Positions 1 to 10,807 of a stretch of DNA of 64,000 nucleotides are shown here, one piece after another. The position numbers were made by a program, and so were the translations under genes. A model generated the notes under the pieces. It was given only the letters and a program-made list of their open reading frames with translations. It ran no database searches and was not told the DNA's origin. Origin of the DNA: Gemmatimonadales bacterium (GTDB lineage: Bacteria > Gemmatimonadota > Gemmatimonadetes > Gemmatimonadales > GWC2-71-9); NCBI GenBank assembly GCA_965249575.1, contig OZ252244.1, positions 2,624,001 through 2,688,000 on the forward strand, read 5' to 3'. How positions within the stretch are numbered: the stretch's first letter is position 1; every line of letters begins with the position of its first letter.

Positions 1-2281
1 GAAGTGTTGAAGGGCGCATCCGCCTCGGCGATTTACGGCTCCAAGGCCTCGAACGGCGTCGTCATCATCACGACCAAGCGCGGCCGTGTCGGCGCCCCCC
101 AGTTCAGCCTCAGCCAGCGGTTCGGGATCTCCAGTGCGAGCCAGCAGATCGGGTCCCGGCAGTGGACCCAGGCGGAGGCCTCGGCCTTCTACGGCGCGCT
201 CGCCTCGGATCCGGTGGCCGGCTTCAACAGTACAGTCCACGATCACGAGGACTACCTTGCCGGAAACAACCCGCTGTCCCACGAGACAACGATCGGCCTG
301 AGCGGCGGTACCGAGACGACCCGCTACTTCACGTCGGGCTTGGTGAAGCACGACGGCAGCGTGGTGACTGGCACGTTTTACGACAAACAGTCGGTGCGGC
401 TCAACCTGGATCAAGACATCGGGAGTCGGGTCCGGTTGAGCATCAGTTCTCAGGTCATTCACTCGCGTGGCGACCGGGGGTTGGTGAACAACGAGAACAG
501 CGGCACGAGCCTCTGGTCCGCGATCTCGGCGACGCCGAGTTACTTCGATCTCCGGGCCGCCTGCCCGGACGGGTCGCGGCAGCCCACATGTGAAGGCGGG
601 GTCTATCCGGTCAATCCGTACAGCAGCAGCAACCCGCTCCACACGGCGGTTGAGGTGGAGAATCGCGAGAACCTGTGGCGGTCGATCGGCACTTCACGGT
701 TGGAAATTGACGTCGCCGACACTCCGCAGCATTCGCTTCGGCTCATCGGGACGGGTGGCGTGGATTTCTTCACGCAGAAGAACTCTGTGTTCGCGCCGCC
801 CGAGTTGCAGTTCGAAGGCGACGACGGTCTGCCCGGCTCGTCGGGACTCCTGTTCGTGCAGAACCTGAACACGAATGTGAACGCCAACGCGGTTTACACG
901 TATCGGACCGCCGGGGGCACCAGCGCCACGACTCAGGTGGGTCTCTCCTACGAGGTATCGGACTACACCATCGACCGGACCCTCTCCCAGAACCTGGTGG
1001 GTGGGCTGCGGATCTCCAGCGCCGGTACGACCATAACCACCCTCGGCCGTCGGGAGCGCGCGAAGGATTTTGGCTTCTTTGCGCAGGAAGAATTCCTGAC
1101 CCTGGACGAGCGGCTTTTGCTCACGCTGGGTGTCCGCGCGGACCAGAGTAGCAACAACGGCGATCCGGACAAGCTCTTCTGGTACCCCAAGGCCTCCGCG
1201 TCGTACCGCTTCGTCCCGAGGAGCAAGGTCGTGGACGAGGTGAAGGTTCGCGCCGCTTTCGGCCAGTCCGGAAACCGGCCGAGGTGGGGACAAAAGTTCA
1301 CGGAGCTCGAGGGACTGAACATCGGAGGCGTGGCCGCCGCGCGGCTGGCCGCGACCGGGGAGACGGGCGACCCGAATCTCGAGCCAGAGCGCTCCACCGA
1401 GATCGAGGGTGGGTTCGACGCTCAGCTGTTCAACAGCCGGCTCAACCTCGAGGTGACCGCCTACGAGAAGCGGGTCAGCGAGTTACTGCTCGAGCGTTCA
1501 CTCGCGCGCTCGTCGGGGTTCGAGACCCAGGTTTTCAACGGCGGGAAAATCCGAAACCGGGGCATCGAGCTCTCGGCTACCGTGCTCCCCGTGCAGACTT
1601 CGACGATCCAGTGGAGCGCGAATGCCAATTTCTCGCTCTACCGCTGCAAGGTCACGGAGCTGCAGGTCCCCGATTTCCTGTCCGGCAGCACGACGTTCGG
1701 AGCCGTTTCCACCGCGGTAGACGGAAACTGCACGCAGCTGGTTGGACGGGACTCCCTGGCAGACGGAACCCAGATCGTCGCGGATATCGCCCGGCAGGCA
1801 CCTGATTACCTGTTCGGGTTTCTCCAATGAGGTTACGTACAAGAACCTGGGGTTCTACTTCCTGTTGGACCACCAGAAGGGTGGGACCACCGCTCAGCTG
1901 ACCAAGCTGATCTACGACTTCAATGGAAACAGTGTCGACCAGGTGACGCCCAATTCACTCGATGGGACCACCGGAGATCTCCGTGCCTCGGCATTCTCGA
2001 AGTGCGGCAAGTGCTATCTCGAGGACCTCACGTTCTGGAAGCTCCGTGAGGCTCGGCTCTCGTACGACCTCCCGAGGCCTTTCATCAACAGCGTATGGAG
2101 CGGCGCCCGTTACATTCGGCTGAACCTGAGCGGCCGGAACCTGGTCACCATGACCGACTACACCGGTATGGATCCGGAGTGGGAGCAGGTGCCCGGGTCG
2201 ATCGCGGCAGCGCGGTCCTGGGAGATCTGGGCGTATCCGCCGAGCCGGAGTTTCTGGTTCTCGATCGACGTGGGGTTCTGA
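1..2281 (+). CDS. SusC/RagA-type TonB-dependent receptor, 5'-partial, +1 frameshift near 1819-1821
   Basis: Plug-end motif LKGASASAIYGSKASNGVVIITTKRG; NLEPERSTEIEGGFD; C-terminal ...YPPSRSFWFSIDVGF ending in Phe. ORFs 4..1830 and 1742..2281 join as PDYLFGFSNEVTYK if one T is removed from gggtttctcc. Confidence 0.9.
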
Positions 2282-2284
2282 GCC

Positions 2285-3709
2285 ATGACATCGACAGAGA
2301 GGCATCGCATCATGCGATCGGCGATCAGCGTCCCGGCCCTGTTCGCGTTGCTTGCAATGGGCGCGTGCAAGTCGCTGGACAACATTCCGGATTACAACGC
2401 ATCGAGTCTCGGTGATCTCGCGAGCAATCCAACCCCAGCTGTGATTCAAGTGGCGACGACCGGACTGCTTGCGGGTTCGCGCGCCGAGAACTCGCTACCC
2501 CAGTTCTCTTACGTGGCGGCACTGGCCGAGATGGGTCGGGAAGGGTATGCCCTCGACCCCAGTAACCCGCAGATCACCCAGGAACGCTTGGAGAGACCGT
2601 TGAGTCGCGGCTCTTTTGCCGGGTTCATCTGGGAAGAGATGTACCGCAACCTCAAGCAGGGTAACGTCGTCCTGGACGCGGTGAGCGGCGTGACCGAATT
2701 CACATCGGCCGACCAGGAGGGCGTGCGGGGCTTCGTCAAGACCCTTCAGGCCCGCGACCTGCTGTCCATCATCAACATCTTTGACGCAAACGGCGCGGTG
2801 ATCGACGTGCTCGAGGACCCCGCCGCCGACCCGGCGCCCATTGTCGGCAAGGCGGCCGTGTTCGGGCGCATCGTGTCACTGCTCAACGAGGCGGCCACGC
2901 ACCTGGGAAGCGCTGGGGCTTCATTCGCGTTCGACCTGAGCGCGGGGTTCGCCGATTTTTCAACGCCGACCACGTTCTTGCAGTTCAACCAGGCCCTGAA
3001 AGCCCGGGTAGACGTCTACATGGGGAATCATGCGGACGCGCTCACCAGCCTGACCGCCTCCTTCCTGGATACCGGTGGGTCGTTCAACCTGGGCGCGTAC
3101 CATACGCACAGCACGAACTCGGGTGATTTGATCAACGTGCTGTTCGATCCGACACCACGTATCATTCACGGTCATCCGTCGAACGCCACCGACGCGCAAA
3201 TGAAGGCGAACCTCGATCCCGATGACCGGCTCACAGCCAAGGAAGCTCCGATTCCGTCCAAGGTGCTCACCGGGCTCACGGTGGACACGAAGTTCATTCA
3301 CTTTTCGAGCCTGTCCGATCCGGTTCCGATCATCCGGAACGAGGAGTTGATCCTGATCCGCGCCGAAGCGAGGATGTTCAACGGGGGGTGGCCCGGCGAC
3401 AACGTTGGGGCGCTGGCGGACCTCAACCTGGTCCGGCAGGGTTCTGGTGGGTTGGATCCCATCACGCAGGCGACATGGGATGGGATGACGGAAACCCAGC
3501 AGGTCGACGCGGTCCTATACGAGCGCCGCTTCTCGCTCTTGTTCGAGGGCGGACATCGCTGGATCGACTGGCGTCGGCTCAATCGCCTGGATCAGATCCC
3601 GCTCGTGGCGACGGCTCACAAGATGTTTCCGTACTTCACCTTCCCTGACGACGAGTGCATTGCACGCTCTCCCGAGCCGGGGGGGTGCACTCCGCATCCG
3701 GGACTGTAA
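2285..3709 (+). CDS. SusD/RagB family outer-membrane lipoprotein
   Basis: Lipobox-like LAMGAC; IIRNEELILIRAEA and YERRFSLLFEGGHRWIDWRR motifs; 3 nt after SusC. Confidence 0.92.
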   Translation: MTSTERHRIMRSAISVPALFALLAMGACKSLDNIPDYNASSLGDLASNPTPAVIQVATTGLLAGSRAENSLPQFSYVAALAEMGREGYALDPSNPQITQERLERPLSRGSFAGFIWEEMYRNLKQGNVVLDAVSGVTEFTSADQEGVRGFVKTLQARDLLSIINIFDANGAVIDVLEDPAADPAPIVGKAAVFGRIVSLLNEAATHLGSAGASFAFDLSAGFADFSTPTTFLQFNQALKARVDVYMGNHADALTSLTASFLDTGGSFNLGAYHTHSTNSGDLINVLFDPTPRIIHGHPSNATDAQMKANLDPDDRLTAKEAPIPSKVLTGLTVDTKFIHFSSLSDPVPIIRNEELILIRAEARMFNGGWPGDNVGALADLNLVRQGSGGLDPITQATWDGMTETQQVDAVLYERRFSLLFEGGHRWIDWRRLNRLDQIPLVATAHKMFPYFTFPDDECIARSPEPGGCTPHPGL

Positions 3710-3741
3710 GGAGCGGACGAAGTAGGTAAGTAGGAGAGCAA

Positions 3742-3785
3742 ACCAGCGGGCGGTGACGCGATATCATCGCCCGCTGGTGTTTGTG
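3742..3785. terminator. Hairpin between convergent susD and LVIVD-1
   Basis: ACCAGCGGGCGGTGA / TCATCGCCCGCTGGT, 15-bp stem with one G-U pair, followed by GTTTGTG. Confidence 0.7.
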
Positions 3786-3798
3786 TGGGGCTTGCCGT

Positions 3799-5148
3799 TC
3801 AGCTTACTGGCGCCGGCGCGCCGTCCGGCCCGTTGTCCCAGTCCTGCGCCGACGAGACGTTCGGCATCCCCCACTGGTGTCCGTTCCAACCGTCGAAACC
3901 GTCCATCCTGAACGCCCAGAAGCCGGTCCGGAAACCGCTGGTCACGATTAGGCCGTCGGCGTTTCGCACGTCGACACCCCAGGCACCATCGAAGATGGTC
4001 GTGCCGACGCCCTGGGTCTGGAGGTCTTCGCCGCGCATGGGTGGTCCCGAGCGGGTGATGTAGTACCCCACGGTGTACGGATTCGCGGGATCCATCATGT
4101 TGAACACTTGCAGTCCCTCGTCAAATGACGCTACGAACACGTAGGGCCACCGGATCTCGTTGTTGTGTGTAGCATGCTTCCAGTTGGGATTCCAAGCCCC
4201 GATGGGGCGCGAGATCGTCCGAACTTCCCCATCCAGCCCGGGCTTCAAGTCCCACATGCGGACCGGCGCGTACTGCCACTCGTTTTGGCCCACTGCGTAC
4301 CGGCCGTCCGGGCTCACCTGAATCGTGTGATCGACTTCCACGCCGGCAGCGCCGCTGATCGAGGTGAGGAGCTTGGGTTCCTCGGGTCGCGTCACGTCAT
4401 AAACCAGGTACGCGGAGTAACTTGCGCCGTAGAACTTGTCCTGCCGAGTGGCTGGATCGTAGCCCACGTACATGTCGTGGTAGCCCTTGAGCATCCCGTA
4501 GACGCTCGGTGCCGGCTCCGATCCGGGTACTCGGCTCACGAGCGCCCCGCGCGCGTCGCCGCTGACCGCTTTCTCCATGTCATAGACATTGACGACCGTG
4601 GTCGTCGTGGTGGCAAACAGCAGGGCCCGGCCGTCAGAGTGCTTGTAGGCGAAGAGATTGTGAAACCCGCGCGGAGCGTCGGCCACGCGAATCCGGGCTA
4701 CCTCTCGAACCGTCGACGCGTCGGGCAGACCGGTTACGTCGAAAACGATCGCCCCCAGGTCGGCATCGGGGCCGGTCTGGCGGAACTGGAACGACTGAAC
4801 GTCATAATACCGCCCCCGTAACTTGACGTACTTGTTGTCCATCCCCCCGCCTTCGTGCAGCTCGGGGTCCTCGATGATCCATCGGTACAGCACCTTCGCA
4901 TCGGAGGGTTCTTTGAGATCGATGATGAAGAACCCCGCACCCTCATAGTTGTGCGACACATAGGCGTACGGACGGGACAGTTCCTGCTCCAATTCCACGT
5001 CGGACGTGGTGTAGGGCTTTCCTTCGAGCGGGATATGCGCCAGCACGTGGACATTGCGGCTCGACTCCTCGCCTGGAGCCTCTTGGGAGAACGCGGGGGG
5101 TGCCAGCAAGATTCCGAGAGCGCTCAAAAGTACGAATCGGCTGATCAT
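3799..5148 (-). CDS. Exported LVIVD-repeat beta-propeller protein (paralog 1)
   Basis: Signal peptide ...PPAFSQ; repeated IIDLKEP/VFDVTG/VYDVTRP/VFNMMDP units; conserved tail FRMDGFDGWNGHQWGMPNVSSAQDWDNGP. Confidence 0.85.
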   Translation of the reverse strand: MISRFVLLSALGILLAPPAFSQEAPGEESSRNVHVLAHIPLEGKPYTTSDVELEQELSRPYAYVSHNYEGAGFFIIDLKEPSDAKVLYRWIIEDPELHEGGGMDNKYVKLRGRYYDVQSFQFRQTGPDADLGAIVFDVTGLPDASTVREVARIRVADAPRGFHNLFAYKHSDGRALLFATTTTTVVNVYDMEKAVSGDARGALVSRVPGSEPAPSVYGMLKGYHDMYVGYDPATRQDKFYGASYSAYLVYDVTRPEEPKLLTSISGAAGVEVDHTIQVSPDGRYAVGQNEWQYAPVRMWDLKPGLDGEVRTISRPIGAWNPNWKHATHNNEIRWPYVFVASFDEGLQVFNMMDPANPYTVGYYITRSGPPMRGEDLQTQGVGTTIFDGAWGVDVRNADGLIVTSGFRTGFWAFRMDGFDGWNGHQWGMPNVSSAQDWDNGPDGAPAPVS

Positions 5149-5202
5149 GATGGTCTCCTGGCAAAAAAAATAGGTGGGCGTCCCGAACCCGGCCCCTCGG
5201 AG

Positions 5203-5330
5203 CTAGTTAAGGAGGCCGCCCCCCCTTACCCAGACCGCGGGTGCCGGTCCCGCAGTCGCGCCCGGGCCGTTGTCCCAATCCTGCGCACTGGAGATGTTCG
5301 GCATGCCCCACTGATGCCCGTTGCCCGCGA
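5203..5330 (-). pseudogene. Orphan C-terminal tail of an LVIVD paralog
   Basis: Reads NGHQWGMPNISSAQDWDNGPGATAGPA...; nothing homologous upstream. Confidence 0.8.
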
Positions 5331-5463
5331 ATGCTCTGCTCTTACCTCGTCTCTCTCCAGTCGCTAACATGGTCCCACCGAGATTGCCTGGCAACTAGCC
5401 TCGACGCGACAAGTGATTCGAACCGATGGAGTACGGGTACCCCCCCTCAACCGGAGGCGCTCC

Positions 5464-6840
5464 ATGAGCCTGCGCATCGTCCTTGCGAGTTTAGGGTTCC
5501 TCGCGTTGGCAACCCCTGCTTTTTCCCAGCACGTACCGGGCATGCAGGGGAGCCGGAACATTCACGTCCTTTCTCACATTCCGATGGCACACGGGGCGAG
5601 TGATCTGCCGTATCAGGGTATTCTCGACATCGAGATCGAGCAGGAAGTATCCAGGCCATTCGTCTACATCTCACAGCTCATCGAGCACGACGGGTTCGAC
5701 GTCATCAGCGTCAAGGATCCGAAGAAGGCAGAGATTATCTATTCATGGCGGATCGAGGATCTGGACCTGCGCCCAGGTCTGTCCGGCGCGTTTGACGGCC
5801 GGTACTTCAAGCTGAAGAACCGCTACTACTACGCCCAGTCGTTCCAGTACCAACCGGGCGGGCCGGACGTCGATCTAGGCGCCATTATCTTTGACGTGAC
5901 CGGACTGCCGGACCCAAGCACGGTAAGGGAAATGGGCCGCATTAGAGCCCCGGATACCCCCAGCGGGTTCCACAACGTGTTTGCCTACAAGCATTCCACG
6001 GGGCGGACGCTCCTTTTTTCGACGACGACCGGACCCCATTCCAACATCTATGACATGGAGAAGTTCTTGGGCGGTGACGGCGCACAGGGCCTGGTCGGAC
6101 GGGTGCCGAGCCAGGCAGCCCCCGGCAAGGCGCGGGCTGACGGCTACCACGACATGTACGCGGCATACGATCCCGCGACGCGTCAGGACAAGTTCTACGG
6201 GTCCGGGCTTGGTGACGGCTACTTCGTCTACGACGTCACGAGCCCGGAGGGGCCGAAGCTCGTCACGTCGTTGACGGGGATTGCGGGTCTGGCGGTGGCG
6301 CATGCGTTTCAGGTCACTCCGGACGGCCGGTACGGCGTGGCGCAAATGGAATACCAGTATGCCCCGATCCGGATTTTCGATTTGAAGCCCGGACTGGACG
6401 GCGAGGTGACGACCATCTCCCGGCCGATCGGGGCGTGGCAGGCCGATCCCGACGGCTGGAAGAAGGCCTCCCACAACAATCAGATTCGGTGGCCATACGT
6501 GTTCGTAGCCTCGTTCGACGACGGCCTGCAGGTCCTCAACATGATGGATCCCACGAATCCGTACACGGTCGGCTATTACGACACACAGGACGGGCCCGAT
6601 TTGAGAGGGCTCGACACGAGGACCGCCGGACGCGGAAACACCATCTTCACGGGCGCCTGGGGCATCAACGTCCGGAACGCGGACGGGTTGATCGTAGTCA
6701 GCGACTTTCAGACTGGGTTCTGGGCGTTCAAGATGGACGGGTTCGATGGCTGGAATGGGCATCAGTGGGGCATGCCGAACATCTCGGCGGCGCAGGACTG
6801 GGATAACGGGCCGGACGGGGCGCCGGCGCCAGTAAGCTGA
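5464..6840 (+). CDS. Exported LVIVD-repeat beta-propeller protein (paralog 2)
   Basis: GGAGG RBS before ATG 5464; signal peptide; colinear with paralog 1. Confidence 0.87.
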   Translation: MSLRIVLASLGFLALATPAFSQHVPGMQGSRNIHVLSHIPMAHGASDLPYQGILDIEIEQEVSRPFVYISQLIEHDGFDVISVKDPKKAEIIYSWRIEDLDLRPGLSGAFDGRYFKLKNRYYYAQSFQYQPGGPDVDLGAIIFDVTGLPDPSTVREMGRIRAPDTPSGFHNVFAYKHSTGRTLLFSTTTGPHSNIYDMEKFLGGDGAQGLVGRVPSQAAPGKARADGYHDMYAAYDPATRQDKFYGSGLGDGYFVYDVTSPEGPKLVTSLTGIAGLAVAHAFQVTPDGRYGVAQMEYQYAPIRIFDLKPGLDGEVTTISRPIGAWQADPDGWKKASHNNQIRWPYVFVASFDDGLQVLNMMDPTNPYTVGYYDTQDGPDLRGLDTRTAGRGNTIFTGAWGINVRNADGLIVVSDFQTGFWAFKMDGFDGWNGHQWGMPNISAAQDWDNGPDGAPAPVS

Positions 6841-7005
6841 ACGGCAGGCCGCTCCCCTCGCCGATCTCCACCGAGGGCGCAGTAAGGAGTGAGGAGGCTA
6901 CACGCCACCGGCGCCACCGCTGGGCGGTTGGGGGCGGCATCCTTACTCTCACCCGGGGAGGGGCGGGTGGCGGTGGACTGCTTACCTCTTTTCAGGAGGC
7001 CGGTC

Positions 7006-8405
7006 ATGGTAGGGCGATTCGTTTTCTTGAGTGCTCTCGGAATTCTGCTGGCGGCTCCTGCTCTTTCCCAGCAAGCCCCGGGGATGCAGGGAAGCCGCAA
7101 CGTCCACGTGCTCTCGCACATGCCTATGGCGCATAGCGCGAGCGATATCGCGTTCAATGCGATCCTCGACATAGAAATAGAGCAGGAGCTGTCTCGTCCT
7201 TACGTCTACATCTCCCAGCTCTTCGAGAACGACGGGTTCGATGTCATCAGCGTGAAGGATCCGGAAAAGGCTGAGATCATCTACTCGTGGCGGATCGACG
7301 ATCCAGAGTTGCGGGATGGGCTTTCGGGCGCGTTCGACGGAAGGTACTTCAAGCTCAAGGGCCGGTATTACTACGCCCAGTCGTTCCAGTACATGCCCGG
7401 TGGACCCGACGTCGAGTTGGGCGCGATTGTCTTGACGTCACAGGGCTCCCGGATCCATCCTCTGTGAAGGAGGTCGGGCGGCTCCTCGCTCCCGACACGC
7501 CGATGGGCTTTCACAACGTCTTTGCCTACAAGCACTCCTCGGGACGCGTGCTCCTCTTCGCGACGACGATGTCCCCCGCCGTAAACATCTACGACATGGA
7601 GAAGTTCCTGGTGGGAGAGCGGGTCACCTCCTTGGTTGGGAAAGTGGTGAATCCCAATCCGAGCGAGATCATTCCGATGGGATTCCACGAGATGTACGTG
7701 GCCTACGATCCGACCACGCGGCAAGACAAGTTTTACGGTCCGGGCCTCAACAATTTTCTCGTCTTTGATGTGACGAGTCCCGAGGAGCCGGAGCTCGTGA
7801 CATCCATTACCGGTGTGGCCGGGATGGATCTAGCCCACGCCTTTCAGGCGACCCCGGACGGTCGGTACGGCGTCACGCAGATGGAGTACCGGCATTCGCC
7901 GATTCGCATCTTCGACCTGAAGCCCGGGTTAGAGGGCGAGACGAGAACCATTTCGCGGCCAATCGGGGCATGGCAGGCGGAACCGAACGGCTGGAACAAC
8001 GCGTCGCACAACCACCAGATCCGCTGGCCTTACGTGTTCGTAGGATCGTTCGACGACGGGTTGCAGGTCATCAACATGATGGACCCGACCAGCCCGTACA
8101 CCGTCGGCTACTACGATACGCAGGACGGTCCAGATTTACAGGGCCTCGGTCTCATCGTTTCGGGGGACGGGGTCGAGTCTTCGAATGCTCGTGGAAACAC
8201 GATTTTCAACGGCGCGTGGGGCATCAACGTCCGAAATGCCGATGGGTTGATTGTGATCAGCGGTTTCCGGACCGGCTTCTGGGCGTTCAAGATGGACGGT
8301 TTCGACGGCTGGAACGGACACCAGTGGGGCATGCCGAACATTTCGGCGGCGCAGGACTGGGACAACGGACCGGACAGGGCCGCGGGGCCGGCGCGCGTGA
8401 GCTGA
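7006..8405 (+). CDS. Exported LVIVD-repeat beta-propeller protein (paralog 3), -1 frameshift near 7431-7433
   Basis: AGGAGG RBS; ORFs 6889..7467 and 7287..8405 join as GAIVFDVTGLPD if one T is added to attgtcttgac. Confidence 0.83.
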
Positions 8406-8553
8406 ATGGCAGGCCCCCGCACCTCGCCACCGAGTGAGGAGTTAGCAGTGAGGAGGTCACCCTCCCCGCGTTCTCCGTGCTGGTGTAGCTGGGTTCCGTT
8501 CACCGGTGAGGTGGGGCCCTGAGAATCCAGGTTTCCTCTAGTCAGGATATGAA

Positions 8554-9213
8554 ATGCGCTCAGCGACGCATCTCACCCTCGGACTGACCCTCATCGTTGG
8601 TTGCAGCGTTTCCGAGGACGACCAGGATGAGGTCCGTGGAGCCGGTTTGGACTCGGCCGTCTCCGTAGTGCTTGAGACCACGCTGGGGGACATCGTCGTA
8701 GATCTCTATCCAAAGCGCGCACCGGTCACGACAGAGAACTTCTTGCGGCACGTCGATAGCGGTTACTATGACGGTACGAGTTTTTACCGTGCGGTGCGGC
8801 TCGATAACCAGCCAGCGGAGCCGTACATAGAGGTTGTGCAGGGCGGCATTGGCCTGACCGTGTACGCGGAGGGCGGATCGGGTCCACCGTTTCCACCGAT
8901 CGAGCACGAACCCTCGAGCGAGACGGGCTTGAAGCACGTAGATGGCGCGATATCGATGGGACGGCTCGCGGTTGGCACCGCCGCGTCGGAATTCTTCATC
9001 TGCATCAACGATCAGCCGTCACTCGACTTCGGTGGAGATCGGAATCCGGACGGCCAGGGATTCGCGGCGTTCGGGATGGTAGTCGAGGGGATGGACGTCG
9101 TCAGGCGGATCCAAGCCGCACCCACGGGTGGCGAGGTTCCGCCTGAGTTTGCGGCGGTGGCCGGTCAAATCATCTCGGAGCCGATCGAGATCACGGAAGC
9201 GCGGCGCCTGTAG
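8554..9213 (+). CDS. Cyclophilin-type peptidyl-prolyl isomerase, probable lipoprotein
   Basis: LIVGC lipobox; APVTTENF, YYDGTSFYR, QGG, SEFFICINDQPSLD, FGMVVEGMDVV. Confidence 0.9.
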   Translation: MRSATHLTLGLTLIVGCSVSEDDQDEVRGAGLDSAVSVVLETTLGDIVVDLYPKRAPVTTENFLRHVDSGYYDGTSFYRAVRLDNQPAEPYIEVVQGGIGLTVYAEGGSGPPFPPIEHEPSSETGLKHVDGAISMGRLAVGTAASEFFICINDQPSLDFGGDRNPDGQGFAAFGMVVEGMDVVRRIQAAPTGGEVPPEFAAVAGQIISEPIEITEARRL

Positions 9214-9232
9214 GACTCTCTGGGAGACGCTA

Positions 9233-10675
9233 ATGCGCGTTACGCTGCTTGCTGCATTCGTCGGTTTGTTTCTCGCCTCTCCGCTGTACTCCCAACGCGC
9301 CGACGAATTGTCGCCAGCGGTACGGGAGTACGTGAGCGTCGATGCGCCTGTGATCGCCTTGACCGGCGTCCAGGTGATCGATGGTACCGGGGCACCCCGC
9401 ACAACCGACCAGACGGTGGTGATCGCCGACGGGCGGATTCAAGCAGTTGGACCTACCGGATCCACCGATATCCCCGACGGGGCCGAGGTGCTGGACCTAC
9501 CCGGCCACACCGTCGTTCCGGGTATGGTGGGCCTCCACGATCACACCCTATACACGACTTACAAGCGCATCGTGCAGATCAGTTTTTCCTCATCTCGGCT
9601 GTATCTCGCGAGTGGGGTCACGTCCATTCGTACCACGGGGGCGCTCGAACCCTACAGCGAGATCAATCTGAAGGCACAGATCGACGGCGGGGAGGTACCC
9701 GGGCCTCGAATGCACCTTACCGGCCCGCACATCACGGGGGGGCGTCCATTCTCCTACGGTGACGGGATGATGATCAACTGGATGCGCCACGTGGACACCC
9801 CGGAGGTAGCGCGGCGCGCCGTGAGCTATTGGGCCGAGGAGGGTGCGACGTGGATCAAGGTGTACACGGAGATCAGCCGGGAAGCGCTCGCGGCGGTGGT
9901 CGACGAAGCGCACATGCGGGGGATGAAGGTCACCGGGCACCTCTGCTCCGTGACCTATCGTGAGGCGGCGGCGATCGGGATGGACAATGTCGAGCACGGT
10001 CTGCGAACCAACACCGACTACCATCCAAACAAAGAGCCGGACCAATGCCCCGCCGATCGCACCGCGGGGCAGATCGACCTAGATATCGGCGGCGATGCCG
10101 TGAAGGCCACTTTCAGCGATTTGATCGGGAAGAACGTCGCGATGACGTCGACGCTCGTGGTGTCGGAGCCATCCGTTCCAAACCGACCGCCGCTCGAGCA
10201 GCGCACGCTCGATGCCATGGCACCGGCCGTTCGGGGCGAGGTCCTCGAGGTGCGCGCGAAGGTCGCCGAGCGGCCGGCCAGGGTCCCCGCGGCGCTGTAT
10301 CGAAAAGCGATGGACTACGAGGTTGCCTTTTTCAGAGCGGGCGGGTTGCTGGCCGCGGGTTCCGATCCCACCGGCTACGGCACAGTTCTGCCGGGGTTCG
10401 GCGATCAGCGGAACTACGAGTTGTTCATCGAGGCCGGTTTCACCCCGGAGGAGGCAGTCCAGATCCTGTCAGCCAATGGCGCGAAAGTACTTGACCAATC
10501 CGACCGACTCGGCACGGTGACCGCCGGCAAGCTCGCTGACCTGATCGTTATTGAAGGCGATCCGACCGCAACCCCTGCCGATTTCAAGAACGCGACCATC
10601 GTGTTCAAAGACGGTGTCGGGTACGATTCAGCGAAGCTCGTTGACTCAGTGCGCGGATTGGTAGGGGTGAGGTGA
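9233..10675 (+). CDS. Exported amidohydrolase-superfamily protein
   Basis: PGMVGLHDH (HxH), WIKVY, VTGH, VEHG, AGSD, GKLADL; signal peptide. Confidence 0.88.
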   Translation: MRVTLLAAFVGLFLASPLYSQRADELSPAVREYVSVDAPVIALTGVQVIDGTGAPRTTDQTVVIADGRIQAVGPTGSTDIPDGAEVLDLPGHTVVPGMVGLHDHTLYTTYKRIVQISFSSSRLYLASGVTSIRTTGALEPYSEINLKAQIDGGEVPGPRMHLTGPHITGGRPFSYGDGMMINWMRHVDTPEVARRAVSYWAEEGATWIKVYTEISREALAAVVDEAHMRGMKVTGHLCSVTYREAAAIGMDNVEHGLRTNTDYHPNKEPDQCPADRTAGQIDLDIGGDAVKATFSDLIGKNVAMTSTLVVSEPSVPNRPPLEQRTLDAMAPAVRGEVLEVRAKVAERPARVPAALYRKAMDYEVAFFRAGGLLAAGSDPTGYGTVLPGFGDQRNYELFIEAGFTPEEAVQILSANGAKVLDQSDRLGTVTAGKLADLIVIEGDPTATPADFKNATIVFKDGVGYDSAKLVDSVRGLVGVR

Positions 10676-10807
10676 GTGTGTGATGTGTGATGAGCAGAGT
10701 ATGACGAGGATGCCTGGCCCGGCTTGGACCTGCTCGCGAGGTCGTTTGCCGGTGTCAGAAGTTCTCGTCGGTCCGCCGGCACGCCACTCGTCGGTAGGGG
10801 ATCGATC

